Positions 1 through 9,365 of a DNA stretch of 64,000 bases are shown piece by piece; position 1 is the first letter of the stretch, and every line of letters begins with the position of its first letter. The stretch spans positions 576,001-640,000 of the forward strand of contig CAXXDN010000001.1 in NCBI GenBank assembly GCA_963667465.2, in the 5' to 3' direction. The position numbers and the translations under genes are program-made. A model generated the notes under the pieces. It did not search any database and had not been told where the DNA came from. It was given only the letters and a program-made list of their open reading frames with translations. This DNA is from Dehalococcoidia bacterium. Lineage in GTDB: Bacteria > Chloroflexota > Dehalococcoidia > UBA2979.

Positions 1-1193
1 AAGCGCTCGGCGCGCGATCGCAGCTCCTCGGGGAGCTCCTGGCCGGCGTCGGCGTAGGCGCGGCGTGCCGCCGCGCCGCCGCGGCTAAAGGCGTGCTCGA
101 AGCTGCCCTCGAACCAGTCGCGGCTCTGCAGGACGCGCGGCATGTGGCCCTGGAACTGCGGCATCACGTAGCGCGCCAGCAGCTCGTAGCTGCGGAACGT
201 CGCCTGCGTGTCCGCCCACTCGTGCGCGAGGCAGAGGATCCCGCCGAGGCCGTCCGAGCGCTCCAGCACGCCCTCGATCTGCTCGATCACGTCGTCGGGT
301 GTGCCGATAGCGAGGCCGCCCTCATCGATCGCCGCGCGCACGTCCAGGCCGGTGGCGCCGAAGGCCTCGCCGAAGGCTTTGCTCTGGTGCTCGTCGGCGA
401 GGTCGCCGATGTAGGCGCGGCGGCCGTAGCCGTCCTCGACCTCGGCGATCGCCTGCTCGCGGCTGGTCGCGATGTGGATCGGCAGCACCACGCGCCAGGT
501 CCCGCGGTCGGCCTTATTGCCGGCCTCGGCCGCGGCGTCCTCGACCCAGCCCCAGGTGCGCGTGAAGCCGTCGTGGCTGGCCCCGGCGACGGAGAGCAGG
601 CCGATGCCGTAGCGGCCGGCCGCCGTCGCGCCCGAGGGCGTGAAGGTGGTGGTGACGGCCACCTCGAGGTGCGGCTTCGTGAAGTTGGGCAGCTGCAGCC
701 GCGCCTCGTTGAGCGTGAACCAGTCGGTCTCCACCGTGACCGGCTCGTTGCCGCGCAGCAGCCCGAGGATCGCCTCGATCGACTCGTACATCATGCGCCG
801 CTGCTCGGTCGGGTCGATGCCCAGCATGTAGGCGTCCGAGGTGAGCGCGCCGGGACCGACGCCGAGCATCGCGCGGCCGTGCGTGAGGTGGTCCAGCATC
901 TGCATCCGGTCGGCGACCAGCAGCGGGTGGTGGTAGGGCAGGCTGAGCACGCCGGTGCCGAGGCGGATGCGGCGCGTACGCTCGGCGGCGGCGGCGATGA
1001 AGGCGACGGGGTCCGCGATCGTCTCCCGCGCGCCGCTGTGATGCTCGCCGATCCAGGCCTCGTCGAAGCCCAGTTCGTCGAGGTGCTCGATCAGCCGCAG
1101 GTTGCGCTGCAGGCCGAGCGTGAGGTTCTCGCCGACCCGATGGAAGGGGGCGAGGAAGATGCCGAACTTCATGTGTTCCGGCCGGTAGGTCAT
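1..1193 (-). CDS. LLM-class flavin-dependent monooxygenase (3' end runs off the window)
   Basis: Not in the ORF track; translated by hand: MTYRPEHMKFGIFLAPFH...LGFDEAWIGEHHS...RIRLGTGVLSLPYHHP...GRAMLGVGPG, typical luciferase-like motifs. Alternative start at 1172. Confidence 0.9.
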   Translation of the reverse strand, partial: MTYRPEHMKFGIFLAPFHRVGENLTLGLQRNLRLIEHLDELGFDEAWIGEHHSGARETIADPVAFIAAAAERTRRIRLGTGVLSLPYHHPLLVADRMQMLDHLTHGRAMLGVGPGALTSDAYMLGIDPTEQRRMMYESIEAILGLLRGNEPVTVETDWFTLNEARLQLPNFTKPHLEVAVTTTFTPSGATAAGRYGIGLLSVAGASHDGFTRTWGWVEDAAAEAGNKADRGTWRVVLPIHIATSREQAIAEVEDGYGRRAYIGDLADEHQSKAFGEAFGATGLDVRAAIDEGGLAIGTPDDVIEQIEGVLERSDGLGGILCLAHEWADTQATFRSYELLARYVMPQFQGHMPRVLQSRDWFEGSFEHAFSRGGAAARRAYADAGQELPEELRSRAER

Positions 1194-1318
1194 GCCGCCC
1201 GCCTTCCGAATCTGGCTCGCACGCGCATCATAGCCTGCACCGCCGCTACCATCGGCCCCGACACATGACCCGGGGAGCCTGCCCGACCGCGACACGGGCG
1301 AGGGATGGAGGCGAGACG

Positions 1319-2227
1319 ATGCTGCAGCTTGGCGCGCACCTTCCACAGAACGAGTTCGGCGAAGACGTGCCCGCGCTCCGCGACTACGTCATCGGCGCCG
1401 AGGCGATCGGCTACGACTACATGATCATGGGCGAGCACATCCTCAGCCACGATGCCTCGACGCAGGCGCCGCAGACCCGCGAGGAGCCCCGCCCTTACAC
1501 CCCGGACTGGGTCTGGCACGAGCCGATGGTGCTGTTCGGCTACCTCGCGGCGGTCACGGAGCGCATCAAGTTCATGCCCAGCGTCATGGTGCTGCCGATC
1601 CGCCAGGCCACCCTTGTCGCCAAGCAGGCCGCCGAGGTCGACGTGCTCTCCGGCGGCCGTCTGATCCTCGGCATCGGCGTGGGCTGGAGTGGCCTCGAGT
1701 TCGAGGCGATGAACGAGGACTTCCGAACGCGCGGCCGCCGCGCCGAGGAGCAGATCGACCTCATGCGGCGGCTCTGGACCGAGCCGATCGTCGACTACGA
1801 GGGCCGCTTTCACCGCATCCAGGGCGGCGGGCTCAATCCTCGCCCGGCCGCATCGATTCCGATCTGGGCCGGGGGCATGAGCGAGCCGGTGCTCAACCGG
1901 ATCGGCCGCGTCTGCGACGGCTGGAGCATCCAGCGCACCTTCTACACCGAGCTCTCGCCCGAGGACGCCGACGCGCACTTCGCCGAGCGGCTGGAGCAGG
2001 TACACGCGGCTGCGCGTTCGGTCGATCGCGACCCCTCGGAGATCGACCTCGGCGCGGCGATCGACGTGGTCGGGAACACCGTGGAGCAGCAGGTTACGCT
2101 GGCGCGCCAGTGGGAGGCGCGCGGGGCGACGCACCTGGCGCTGCGCACCACCCGCGCGGGCATGGAGGACCTCGACGAGCACCTCGAGGCGCTGCGCGCC
2201 TTCCACGACGCGTACCACGCCGGATAA
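1319..2227 (+). CDS. LLM-class (probably F420-dependent) oxidoreductase
   Basis: GEH, AAVTERIKF, LVAKQAAEVDVLSGGRLILGIGVGW motifs; GGAGG upstream of ATG 1319. Confidence 0.88.
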   Translation: MLQLGAHLPQNEFGEDVPALRDYVIGAEAIGYDYMIMGEHILSHDASTQAPQTREEPRPYTPDWVWHEPMVLFGYLAAVTERIKFMPSVMVLPIRQATLVAKQAAEVDVLSGGRLILGIGVGWSGLEFEAMNEDFRTRGRRAEEQIDLMRRLWTEPIVDYEGRFHRIQGGGLNPRPAASIPIWAGGMSEPVLNRIGRVCDGWSIQRTFYTELSPEDADAHFAERLEQVHAAARSVDRDPSEIDLGAAIDVVGNTVEQQVTLARQWEARGATHLALRTTRAGMEDLDEHLEALRAFHDAYHAG

Positions 2228-2291
2228 ACACCGGGCGCCTCGCGTGTATCATCCGCGACCGGACGCATAGGACCCGACGGAGGATCGGCAC

Positions 2292-3065
2292 ATGCCCGTC
2301 GCCGAGGTCAACGGCATCGAGCTGTACTACGAGGAGCAGGGCGAGGGCCCCGGCCTCGTATTCCTGCACGGCGCGGCGGGTAACCACATCATCTGGTGGC
2401 AGCAACTACCTGTCTTTCGCGACCGCTTCCGCTGCGTCTCCATCGACCACCGCGGCTTCGGCCGCTCCACGGACCCCGAGGGCGAGAGCGCCGCGCGCTT
2501 CGTCGACGACCTCGAGGCGCTGCTCGACGTGCTCGGCATCGAGCGCACGGCGCTCGTCTCGCAGTCGATGGGCGGGCGCACGGCGCTCGGCTTCGCTGTA
2601 CGCCACCCGGAGCGCGTGAGCGCGCTCGTGCTGGCCGACACCTCGGCCTCGATCGACTGGCCCGAATTCAACGAGGAACTCGAACGCCAGCGCGCCGCGA
2701 TCGGGCTGGCGACCGGCCCGCTGGTGGTGGCGGCGCTCGGGCAGAAGTTCCAGCAGCGCGATCCGGAGCGCGCCTTCCTCTACCGCCAGATCTCCGGCCT
2801 CAACCCGCCTGACGCCGCAGCGACCGCCCGCACCGTCGCGCGGGGCCCGGCCACCCGCGCCGACCTCGACAGCTTCGAGGTGCCGACGCTGCTGATCGTC
2901 GGCACGGACGATCCACTGACGCCGCCCGCCTCGATCCGCCAGCTGCACGAGGCGATACCCGGCTCCGGGTACCGCGAGTTCGCGGACTGCGGCCACTCCG
3001 TCTACTTCGAGGACCCCGAGGGCTTCAACGCCGCCGTCGCGGACTTCCTCGCGCGGCATCCGTAG
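2292..3065 (+). CDS. alpha/beta-fold hydrolase
   Basis: VFLHG, DHRGFGRS, nucleophile elbow SQSMGG, catalytic His in CGHSVYFE. Confidence 0.9.
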   Translation: MPVAEVNGIELYYEEQGEGPGLVFLHGAAGNHIIWWQQLPVFRDRFRCVSIDHRGFGRSTDPEGESAARFVDDLEALLDVLGIERTALVSQSMGGRTALGFAVRHPERVSALVLADTSASIDWPEFNEELERQRAAIGLATGPLVVAALGQKFQQRDPERAFLYRQISGLNPPDAAATARTVARGPATRADLDSFEVPTLLIVGTDDPLTPPASIRQLHEAIPGSGYREFADCGHSVYFEDPEGFNAAVADFLARHP

Positions 3066-3087
3066 GAGATCGAGAGGGAGGACACCC

Positions 3088-3929
3088 GTGGGCCTGCTCG
3101 ACGGCAAGAGCGTGCTTGTGACCGGCGCCAGCCGCGGCATCGGCCAGACGATCGCCGAGCACCTCGGTGCGGCGGGCGGCCGCATCGCCTGCGCCGCTCG
3201 CACGCTCGGCGAGGGCGACCACATGCTCGAGGGCTCGCTGGAACGCACCGTCGGCGCGATCCGCGCCGCGGGCGGCGAGGCGACGGCGCTGACGGCCAAC
3301 CTCTCCGAACCGAGGAGTGCGCCGCCCTCGTCGAGCGCGCAGTCGAGGCCTACGGGCCGATCGACGTGCTGGTCAACAACGCCGTGCTTACCTACTTCAC
3401 GCAGCTCGTGGACTACCCGCCGCACCGCTGGATGCGCGCCTTCCAGGTCAACGTCCACGCGCCGTTCCTGCTCTGCCAGGCCGTGTTGCCTTCGATGATC
3501 GAGCGGGGCGGAGGGGCGATCGTGAACATCTCCTCCGGCTCGGCGATCGGGCCGGGGCGCGGGCCGTACCCCGGCCCGTCGCCGAAGGGTCGCGTCGAGT
3601 ACGGCGCGACGAAGGCGGCGCTCGAGCGCTTCACCCAGGGCCTGGCCGAGGAGGTGACGCGCTTCGGCGTCGCCGTCTCCGCCGTCGCGCCCTCGCTGCC
3701 CGTCGCGACACCCGGCACGGTGCTGCACAACGTGATCGCCGAGGGTGACCCGGACTCGGAGCCGGGCAGCCTGATGGCGGAGTGCGTCCTGCTGCTCGCG
3801 ACGGAGCCCGTCGAGCGCGTCGCCGGGCGGGTCTGCTACAGCCAGCAACTGCTCGCTGAGTACGGGCGGCTCGCCAACCCTCGAGGACACATGATCGACG
3901 AGTCCGGATCGGGCTACGCGCAGATCTAG
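3088..3929 (+). pseudogene. SDR oxidoreductase split by an apparent 1-bp deletion near 3310 (pseudogene or sequencing error)
   Basis: TGASRGIG is in ORF 3088; LVNNA, IVNISS and YGATKAA are in ORF 3366. Adding one C at GAACCGAGG joins them as ANLSEPEECAALVERAVEAYGPIDVLVNNA. Confidence 0.8.
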
Positions 3930-3979
3930 GCAGACAGATCCGGACGGATCCGGACGCCGCGTCGCGAAGGAGGCAGGCA

Positions 3980-4870
3980 ATGGACATCCAGCAGGACAGC
4001 GGGCTCTCGGCGCTCTTCGTCTCAACCGAAGAGGAGCGCGTCTGCACGGGCTTCGTCTTCACCGAGGGCCCGGTCTGGATCGCGAGCGACAACTGCCTCG
4101 TCTTCAGCGACATCCACTCCAACCGCACCTACCGCTGGCGGCCGGGCAGCGACAGCGCCGAGGTCTACCGCGAGCCCAGCAACCACGGCAACGGCAACAC
4201 GCTCGACCTCGACGGTAACGTGCTCACCTGCGAGCACTTCGGCCGCCGCGTCGCGAAGACGGCTTACGGAGGCGGCACCGAGACGCTGATCGACTCCTTC
4301 GAGGGCAAGAGCCTGCACAGCCCCAACGACGTCGTCGTGCATAGCTCCGGCGCGGTGTACTTCACCGACCCGGACTACGGCTACAACCGCAACCCCGAGC
4401 CCGTCGCCCGCGAGCTGGACTTCCAGGGCGTCTACCGCGTCGCCCCGGACGGCTCGGTCAGCGTCGTCGAGGACCGGCTCGAGAAGCCGAACGGTCTGAC
4501 CTTCTCGCCCGACGAGTCGCTGCTCTACATCGCGGACTCGAGCGCGCAGCGCAAGGTCTGGCGCTACGAGGTCAACGCGGACGGCAGCCTCGGCGATCGC
4601 ACGCTCTTCGCCGACATGGAACACGACGAGCGCCCGGGCGTCCCGGACGGGATGAAGGTGGACACGGACGGGCGGCTCTGGAGCACGGGCGCGGGCGGCG
4701 TCTGGGTCCTCACTCCCGAGGGCGAGCTTCTCGGCGTCTTCGAAACCGCCGAGCACGCCGCCAACCTCGCCTTCGGCGGCCCGGACTGGTCGACGCTCTA
4801 CCTGACGGCGAACACCTCGGTCTACCGCGTGGAGACCGCAGTCACGGGCATCGCCCCGCACTCCCGCTAG
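3980..4870 (+). CDS. SMP-30/gluconolactonase/LRE family protein
   Basis: FTEGPVW, SPNDVVV, PNGLTFSPD, PDGMKVD motifs. Confidence 0.92.
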   Translation: MDIQQDSGLSALFVSTEEERVCTGFVFTEGPVWIASDNCLVFSDIHSNRTYRWRPGSDSAEVYREPSNHGNGNTLDLDGNVLTCEHFGRRVAKTAYGGGTETLIDSFEGKSLHSPNDVVVHSSGAVYFTDPDYGYNRNPEPVARELDFQGVYRVAPDGSVSVVEDRLEKPNGLTFSPDESLLYIADSSAQRKVWRYEVNADGSLGDRTLFADMEHDERPGVPDGMKVDTDGRLWSTGAGGVWVLTPEGELLGVFETAEHAANLAFGGPDWSTLYLTANTSVYRVETAVTGIAPHSR

Positions 4871-4915
4871 CGTCGCTGAGCGGCGGGCTGCGCCCGCTCC
4901 CCCTCACCCCACCCT

Positions 4916-5138
4916 CTCCGGCCGGGGGAGAGGGGGCCGGAGCCGCGCTCGGGGGTCTGTTGCGCCATCGGGACTCCGGCCGGGGGAGAGGGGGCCGGAG
5001 CCGCGCTCGGGGGTCTGTTGCGCCATCGGGACTCCGGCCGGGGGAGAGGGGGCCGGAGCCGCGCTCGGGGGTCTGTTGCGCCATCGGGACTCCGGCCGGG
5101 GGAGAGGGGGCCGGACTGCGCTCGGGGTCTGTTGCGCC
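4916..5138. repeat. 58-bp tandem repeat (3 exact copies plus 1 degenerate partial) built on a CCCTCTCC..GGGAGAGGG hairpin arm
   Basis: Unit CTCCGGCCGGGGGAGAGGGGGCCGGAGCCGCGCTCGGGGGTCTGTTGCGCCATCGGGA at 4916, 4974, 5032; partial at 5090; no unique spacers. Confidence 0.93.
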
Positions 5139-5266
5139 CTGGAACCTCCGAGGGGGCGTGGGGGCGTAGCCCCCGCACAAGAAGAGTCCGAGGAGGGTGG
5201 GTGGGCCAGAGCCGCGCACAGCGCCCGCTCGTCCGGGATGGGGGTGTGATCGGGCGCAGCCCCCGC
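5133..5266. repeat. Dispersed ~130-bp GC-hairpin element, copy 1 (homologous to 11657-11790)
   Basis: Collinear blocks TGCGCCCT..TCCG.GGGGGCGTGGGGGC-nnn-GCCCCC..AGTCCGAG..GGGTGGGTGGGC..CCGGGATGGGG..GGGCGCAGCCC. Confidence 0.75.
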
Positions 5267-5268
5267 GG

Positions 5269-6801
5269 CTAGTCGCAGTCGAGCCAGACGCGGGCGATCT
5301 GGAGGCCGAGGTCGCCGGTGGCGTCGTAGAGGCGGAGGTTGCGCAGCCACGGCTGGTAGACCTCGAAGCGCAGCGCGCCCACCTTCTCGATCCGGTAGGC
5401 CCGCTCCAGCACGCGGTCCCAGATGCGGTGCAGCAGCTCGCGCCGCGCCTCCGGGTCCAGCTCGCGCGACTGGCGCTCCGCCCAGCCGTCGATCTGCGGG
5501 TCGCTGATGCCCCAGCGGTTGAGCGCGCCACCCGTGACCAGCGAGTCATGGAAGTAGGCGTCGGTGGTGAACCCGGCGGGCGCATAGCCGTCGGCGGCCG
5601 CGCCGTAGTCGTTGCCGCTCCAGGCGCGGTTGAAGGCGGCCATGTCCAGCTCGCGCAGCGTCATCGTCACGCCGAGGGCGGCGAATTGCTCGGCGATCCG
5701 CTCGTTGGCGCGCCGGTTCGTGACGTCGTGGTAGTTGCGATAGCGCAGCTCGAACTCGAGCGGCAGCGCGTCGGCCGCCTCGAGCATGCGCTGCGCCTCG
5801 GCCGGGTCGTGGCGCAGCCACGGCCCGAGGGCAGCGCCCTGCGGCTCCTCGTCGAAGGCGAAGATCCAGGGCGTGCTCGGCAGCACCTTCGCGAGGCCCT
5901 CGTGCAGCTCCCCGGCCAGTGCGTCGCGGTCGATCGCAAGCATCAGCGCCTGGCGCACGCGCTCGTCGGCGAAGCGCGCGTCTGCGAGGTCGAGCGCGAT
6001 CCCCCACTGCGAGGCGAACGCCGGCACGAGGTGCAGCCGCGTCTCCGGCAGCTCCTCGATCAGCGCCTGCGCCTCGCTCAGCCGCTCCAGCGGGTTGCTG
6101 ACGTAACCGAACTCACCGCTGCGGAAGCCCTCGAGGCGTCTCAGCGGGTCCGGCTCGATCTCGACATCGAGGCCGTCGAGGAGCACGGGGCCCTCCCAGT
6201 AGTCGGGGTTGCGGCGCAGCCGCAGGCGCTCGCCGGGCGTCGCCTCCTCGAGGATCAGCGGGCCGCTGCCGGCGAGGCCGCGCATGCCCTCGAGCGCGCC
6301 GCTCTCGTGCAGCTCGCGCGGGTAGATGCTGAACGAGCGGCTGCCCAGCGGCAGGTCGAAGTCGGCCTGCGGGCAGCGCAGCGTGATTTGCAGCGTGTGA
6401 TCGTCGAGCGCCTCGCAGTGCTCCATCGCCGCGAGGTAGCCGCGGTGCGCGCCCTCGCGCGCGTAGCGCTCGATCGCCCAGCGCGCGTCCTCGGCGAGGA
6501 GCGGGCGGCCGTCCAGTGGAGGCACGTCCTGCCAGCGCGCCTCGCCGGTGAGCCGGAAGGTGTAGGTCAGCCCGTCAGGCGATCGCTCCCAGGAGCGGGC
6601 CAGCTCCGGCTCCAGCCGCCGCTCGAAGGGATCGAAGGCGGACCCGCCCGCGAAGCGCAGCAGCCGGTTCGCGACCAGGTTGGGCAGCATCAGCGTGCCC
6701 GCGCTGGTCGAGAACGTCGGGTCGAAGGAGACAAGGTCCTGGTGCCAGCCGATGCGCAGCACGCCCCCCTCGAGCGGCTCGCCCGGCGGCTCGTCGAGCA
6801 C
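5269..6801 (-). CDS. ABC transporter substrate-binding protein, family 5 (DppA/OppA-like); start uncertain, no signal peptide seen
   Basis: GGVLRIG, SFDP, LEPELARSWERSPDGLTYTFRL, GSGP, RRNPDYW, FADERVRQAL; first GTG after the upstream stop is at 6801. Confidence 0.82.
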   Translation of the reverse strand: MLDEPPGEPLEGGVLRIGWHQDLVSFDPTFSTSAGTLMLPNLVANRLLRFAGGSAFDPFERRLEPELARSWERSPDGLTYTFRLTGEARWQDVPPLDGRPLLAEDARWAIERYAREGAHRGYLAAMEHCEALDDHTLQITLRCPQADFDLPLGSRSFSIYPRELHESGALEGMRGLAGSGPLILEEATPGERLRLRRNPDYWEGPVLLDGLDVEIEPDPLRRLEGFRSGEFGYVSNPLERLSEAQALIEELPETRLHLVPAFASQWGIALDLADARFADERVRQALMLAIDRDALAGELHEGLAKVLPSTPWIFAFDEEPQGAALGPWLRHDPAEAQRMLEAADALPLEFELRYRNYHDVTNRRANERIAEQFAALGVTMTLRELDMAAFNRAWSGNDYGAAADGYAPAGFTTDAYFHDSLVTGGALNRWGISDPQIDGWAERQSRELDPEARRELLHRIWDRVLERAYRIEKVGALRFEVYQPWLRNLRLYDATGDLGLQIARVWLDCD

Positions 6802-6863
6802 GTAGGGCAGTGGCAGGGCCGGGTCGTTGCGCCAGAGCGGCGCGGCGGCTGCAGGCTCGCCGG

Positions 6864-9314
6864 CTATTCGAGCACCCCCGCCTCCTCGAGGCGCCGCACC
6901 GCCGCCTCGGGCATGCCGAGGTATTCGCCGAGCACCTCGACGTTGTGTGCGCCGAAGACGGGCGAGGGCAGGCGCAGGCTGGGCGGGGCCTCGGAGAGGC
7001 TCCACGCGTTGCCGTTGAGCAGCTCGTCGCCGGGGTAGTCGTCGTGCAGCCGGAAGCGCCGCCGCCGCTCGGCGAGGTGCGGGTCGGTGATCACCTCGCG
7101 GGCATCGAGGACGGGGAATGCCGGGACGCCTGCTGCCTGCAGGGCTGCCGCGAGCTCGCGCTTGTCGTGCGAGCCGGTCCAGGCGTTGATCGCGCGGTCC
7201 AGCTCCGTGCGCGCGGCGATCCGCCCCTCGCGTGTCGCGAAGTCTTCGCGCGCCAGCCAGTCCTCACGGCCGGCGAAGCGGGCGAGGGCGCGCCACTCGG
7301 CTTCCTCGCCGCAGGCGATGGCGATCCACTGGTCCTCGCCGCTGCAGCGGTAGATGCCGTGCGGCGCGAAGTAGCGGTGCGAGTTGCCGACGGGGCCCGC
7401 GCCGCGGCCGTTCCAGCTGTAGTCGATCACCGCCTCGGCGAGTCCCGCGATCCCCGCGTCGCCCTGCGCGAGCTCGATGAACTGGCCGCGCCCCGTGCGG
7501 GCGCGCGAGGCGAGCGCGGCGAGGATCGCGAGCGTCCCGTAGGCGGAGGCGATCGGGTCCAGCTCGGCCGCCTCCTCCATCACCGATCCGTCCTCCGGGT
7601 AACCGTTGAGGCTCTTCATCCCGAACAGCGCGGACAGCGAGGGCCCGTAGGTGATGAGGTCCGCCCACGGCCCGTCGAGGCCCGCCGAGGGCATCGCCAG
7701 CATGATCAGCCGCGGGTGTTCGGCTGTCAGGCGTGCGTAGTCGACACCGAAGGAGCGCATCACCCTCGGCGCGTAGTTGTCGACCACCACGTCGACGGCC
7801 CCGCAGAGGCGCTCGAACAGCGCGAGCCCGCCGGGCTCCGTGAGATCGAGGGCGATCGAGCGGCGGTTGCGCAGGATCCACTCCCAGGCGAGCGGCTCGG
7901 TGGGGTCGAAGCTGCCGGGCACGCCGGAGCCCCAGGGGCGCTTCGTGGTCTGCACCTTCACCACGTCCGCGCCGTAGTCGGCGAGGTAGCGGCTGACCAG
8001 CGGCCCCGCCCAGACCTGGCCGAGGTCGAGCACGCGCAGCCCGGCGAGCGGGCCGTCGGCGGGGTCCGCCGCGCCCGGGAAGTCGGAGGCGGCGGCCGGA
8101 CGCCAGGCGTCGGCGCGCGCGGGTGGCCAGGGCGGCGTGGTCCAGCCCTCGGCGTTCGACTCGTCGAGGCGCGGCGGCGTGCCGGGCGGGATCCAGGGGG
8201 TGCGGGCCAGCCGGTAGGGCGCGCCGGGGACACGCAGCGGCGGTTCGACGCCCGGCGCCTCGACGAGCAGGTCTCGCTCGGCGGCGTAATCGGACTCGCA
8301 GACCTCGGGGACCGTCAGCACGGGCTGGAAGGGGATGCGCTCGCGGCGGGTGATCTCCCACAGCTCGGCCTTCGTCAGCTGCGAGAGGTGGGCGACCATG
8401 TCCTCGCGCAGCACGCGCTGCACCCGCTCCGCCTGCTCGGGATCGAGGTTGCGGCGGACCCGCGCCTCGCCGAGGCCCCGGATCAGCTCGTCTCGTGCCC
8501 ATTCGGGGTTGCCGAGGCCGTCGAGGAACGCGGTCCAGTGCCGGCCCATGTGCGTCATCGTCGAGAGGTGCCCGTCCTTGACGGGGTAAACGCCCCAGAC
8601 GCCGCCGCTCAGGTTCTGCCCGTTCCGTTGCGGGATCGCCTGGCCGAGGTAGGCCACCTGCGGGATGCCGTGCCCCCAGACGGCGACGTTCACCGCCTCG
8701 AGCGCGCTGATGTCGACGAGCTGGCCGCGCCCGCTGCGGTCGCGATGGTGCAGCGCGATCAGCGTCGCCACGGCAGCCTGCACCCCGGCGTGCTGCACGT
8801 CGGCAGCGTCGAGGGGCGCCGTCAGCGGCTCGCGTTGCGGATCGCCGAGGCGGTAGGCGACGCCTGAGCCGCAGTAGGCGAGCAGCGGCGCGCCCTTCCA
8901 CTCCGCGTACGGCCCGCTCTGGCCGAAGGTGGTGACGGCCGTCAGGACCAGCCCCGGGTGCGCCGCGCGCAGGTGCTCCTCGCCGAGGCCCAGCGCCCGC
9001 GCCTCGTGCGGGCGGAAGGAGTGCAGCAGCACGTCGGCGCCGGTGAGCAGCGCGTCGAGGGCGGCGCGGCCGTCCTCGCTCGCCAGGTCGAGGCGCGCCC
9101 CGTCCTTGCCGCCGTTGAGGTAGGTGAACTGGCCGCTGCACTCAGGGTCCGGCTCGTCGCCGGGGAAGGGGCCGTGCTCGCGGATCGCGTCGCCCCCGGG
9201 AGGCTCGATCTTGATGACGGCGGCGCCGAGGTCGCGGAGTTGCTTGCCCGCGTAGGCGATGGCCTTACCTTCGCCGGCCTCGACAACGCGCAGGCCGGCG
9301 ACGGCGCCCGTCAT
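6864..9314 (-). CDS. Family III (CaiB/BaiF) CoA transferase with two tandem domains
   Basis: Two AGLRVV(E)/LAGLRVLDL N-terminal motifs, LGAAVIKIE and YGADVVKV, GRGQLVDIS and GRGQFIELA. Confidence 0.92.
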   Translation of the reverse strand: MTGAVAGLRVVEAGEGKAIAYAGKQLRDLGAAVIKIEPPGGDAIREHGPFPGDEPDPECSGQFTYLNGGKDGARLDLASEDGRAALDALLTGADVLLHSFRPHEARALGLGEEHLRAAHPGLVLTAVTTFGQSGPYAEWKGAPLLAYCGSGVAYRLGDPQREPLTAPLDAADVQHAGVQAAVATLIALHHRDRSGRGQLVDISALEAVNVAVWGHGIPQVAYLGQAIPQRNGQNLSGGVWGVYPVKDGHLSTMTHMGRHWTAFLDGLGNPEWARDELIRGLGEARVRRNLDPEQAERVQRVLREDMVAHLSQLTKAELWEITRRERIPFQPVLTVPEVCESDYAAERDLLVEAPGVEPPLRVPGAPYRLARTPWIPPGTPPRLDESNAEGWTTPPWPPARADAWRPAAASDFPGAADPADGPLAGLRVLDLGQVWAGPLVSRYLADYGADVVKVQTTKRPWGSGVPGSFDPTEPLAWEWILRNRRSIALDLTEPGGLALFERLCGAVDVVVDNYAPRVMRSFGVDYARLTAEHPRLIMLAMPSAGLDGPWADLITYGPSLSALFGMKSLNGYPEDGSVMEEAAELDPIASAYGTLAILAALASRARTGRGQFIELAQGDAGIAGLAEAVIDYSWNGRGAGPVGNSHRYFAPHGIYRCSGEDQWIAIACGEEAEWRALARFAGREDWLAREDFATREGRIAARTELDRAINAWTGSHDKRELAAALQAAGVPAFPVLDAREVITDPHLAERRRRFRLHDDYPGDELLNGNAWSLSEAPPSLRLPSPVFGAHNVEVLGEYLGMPEAAVRRLEEAGVLE

Positions 9315-9365
9315 ACCCGGTTGCCCAACTCCTGCCCGATCGCCTCGTCGTTCGCGTACTTCGTG

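Noticed and set aside
93-1268. Long + strand ORF, and other long ORFs such as 5197-7038, 6810-8867, 23476-25782 and 48011-49915
   Set aside because: Antisense or alternate-frame shadows of real genes, typical of high GC; no motifs.
4916-5138. Possible CRISPR array
   Set aside because: Units are head-to-tail identical with no unique spacers, and no cas genes are in the window.
6801-6870. Programmed frameshift fusing the CoA transferase to the binding protein
   Set aside because: The CoA transferase ends at a normal-looking C-terminus (LEEAGVLE) and there is no slippery sequence.
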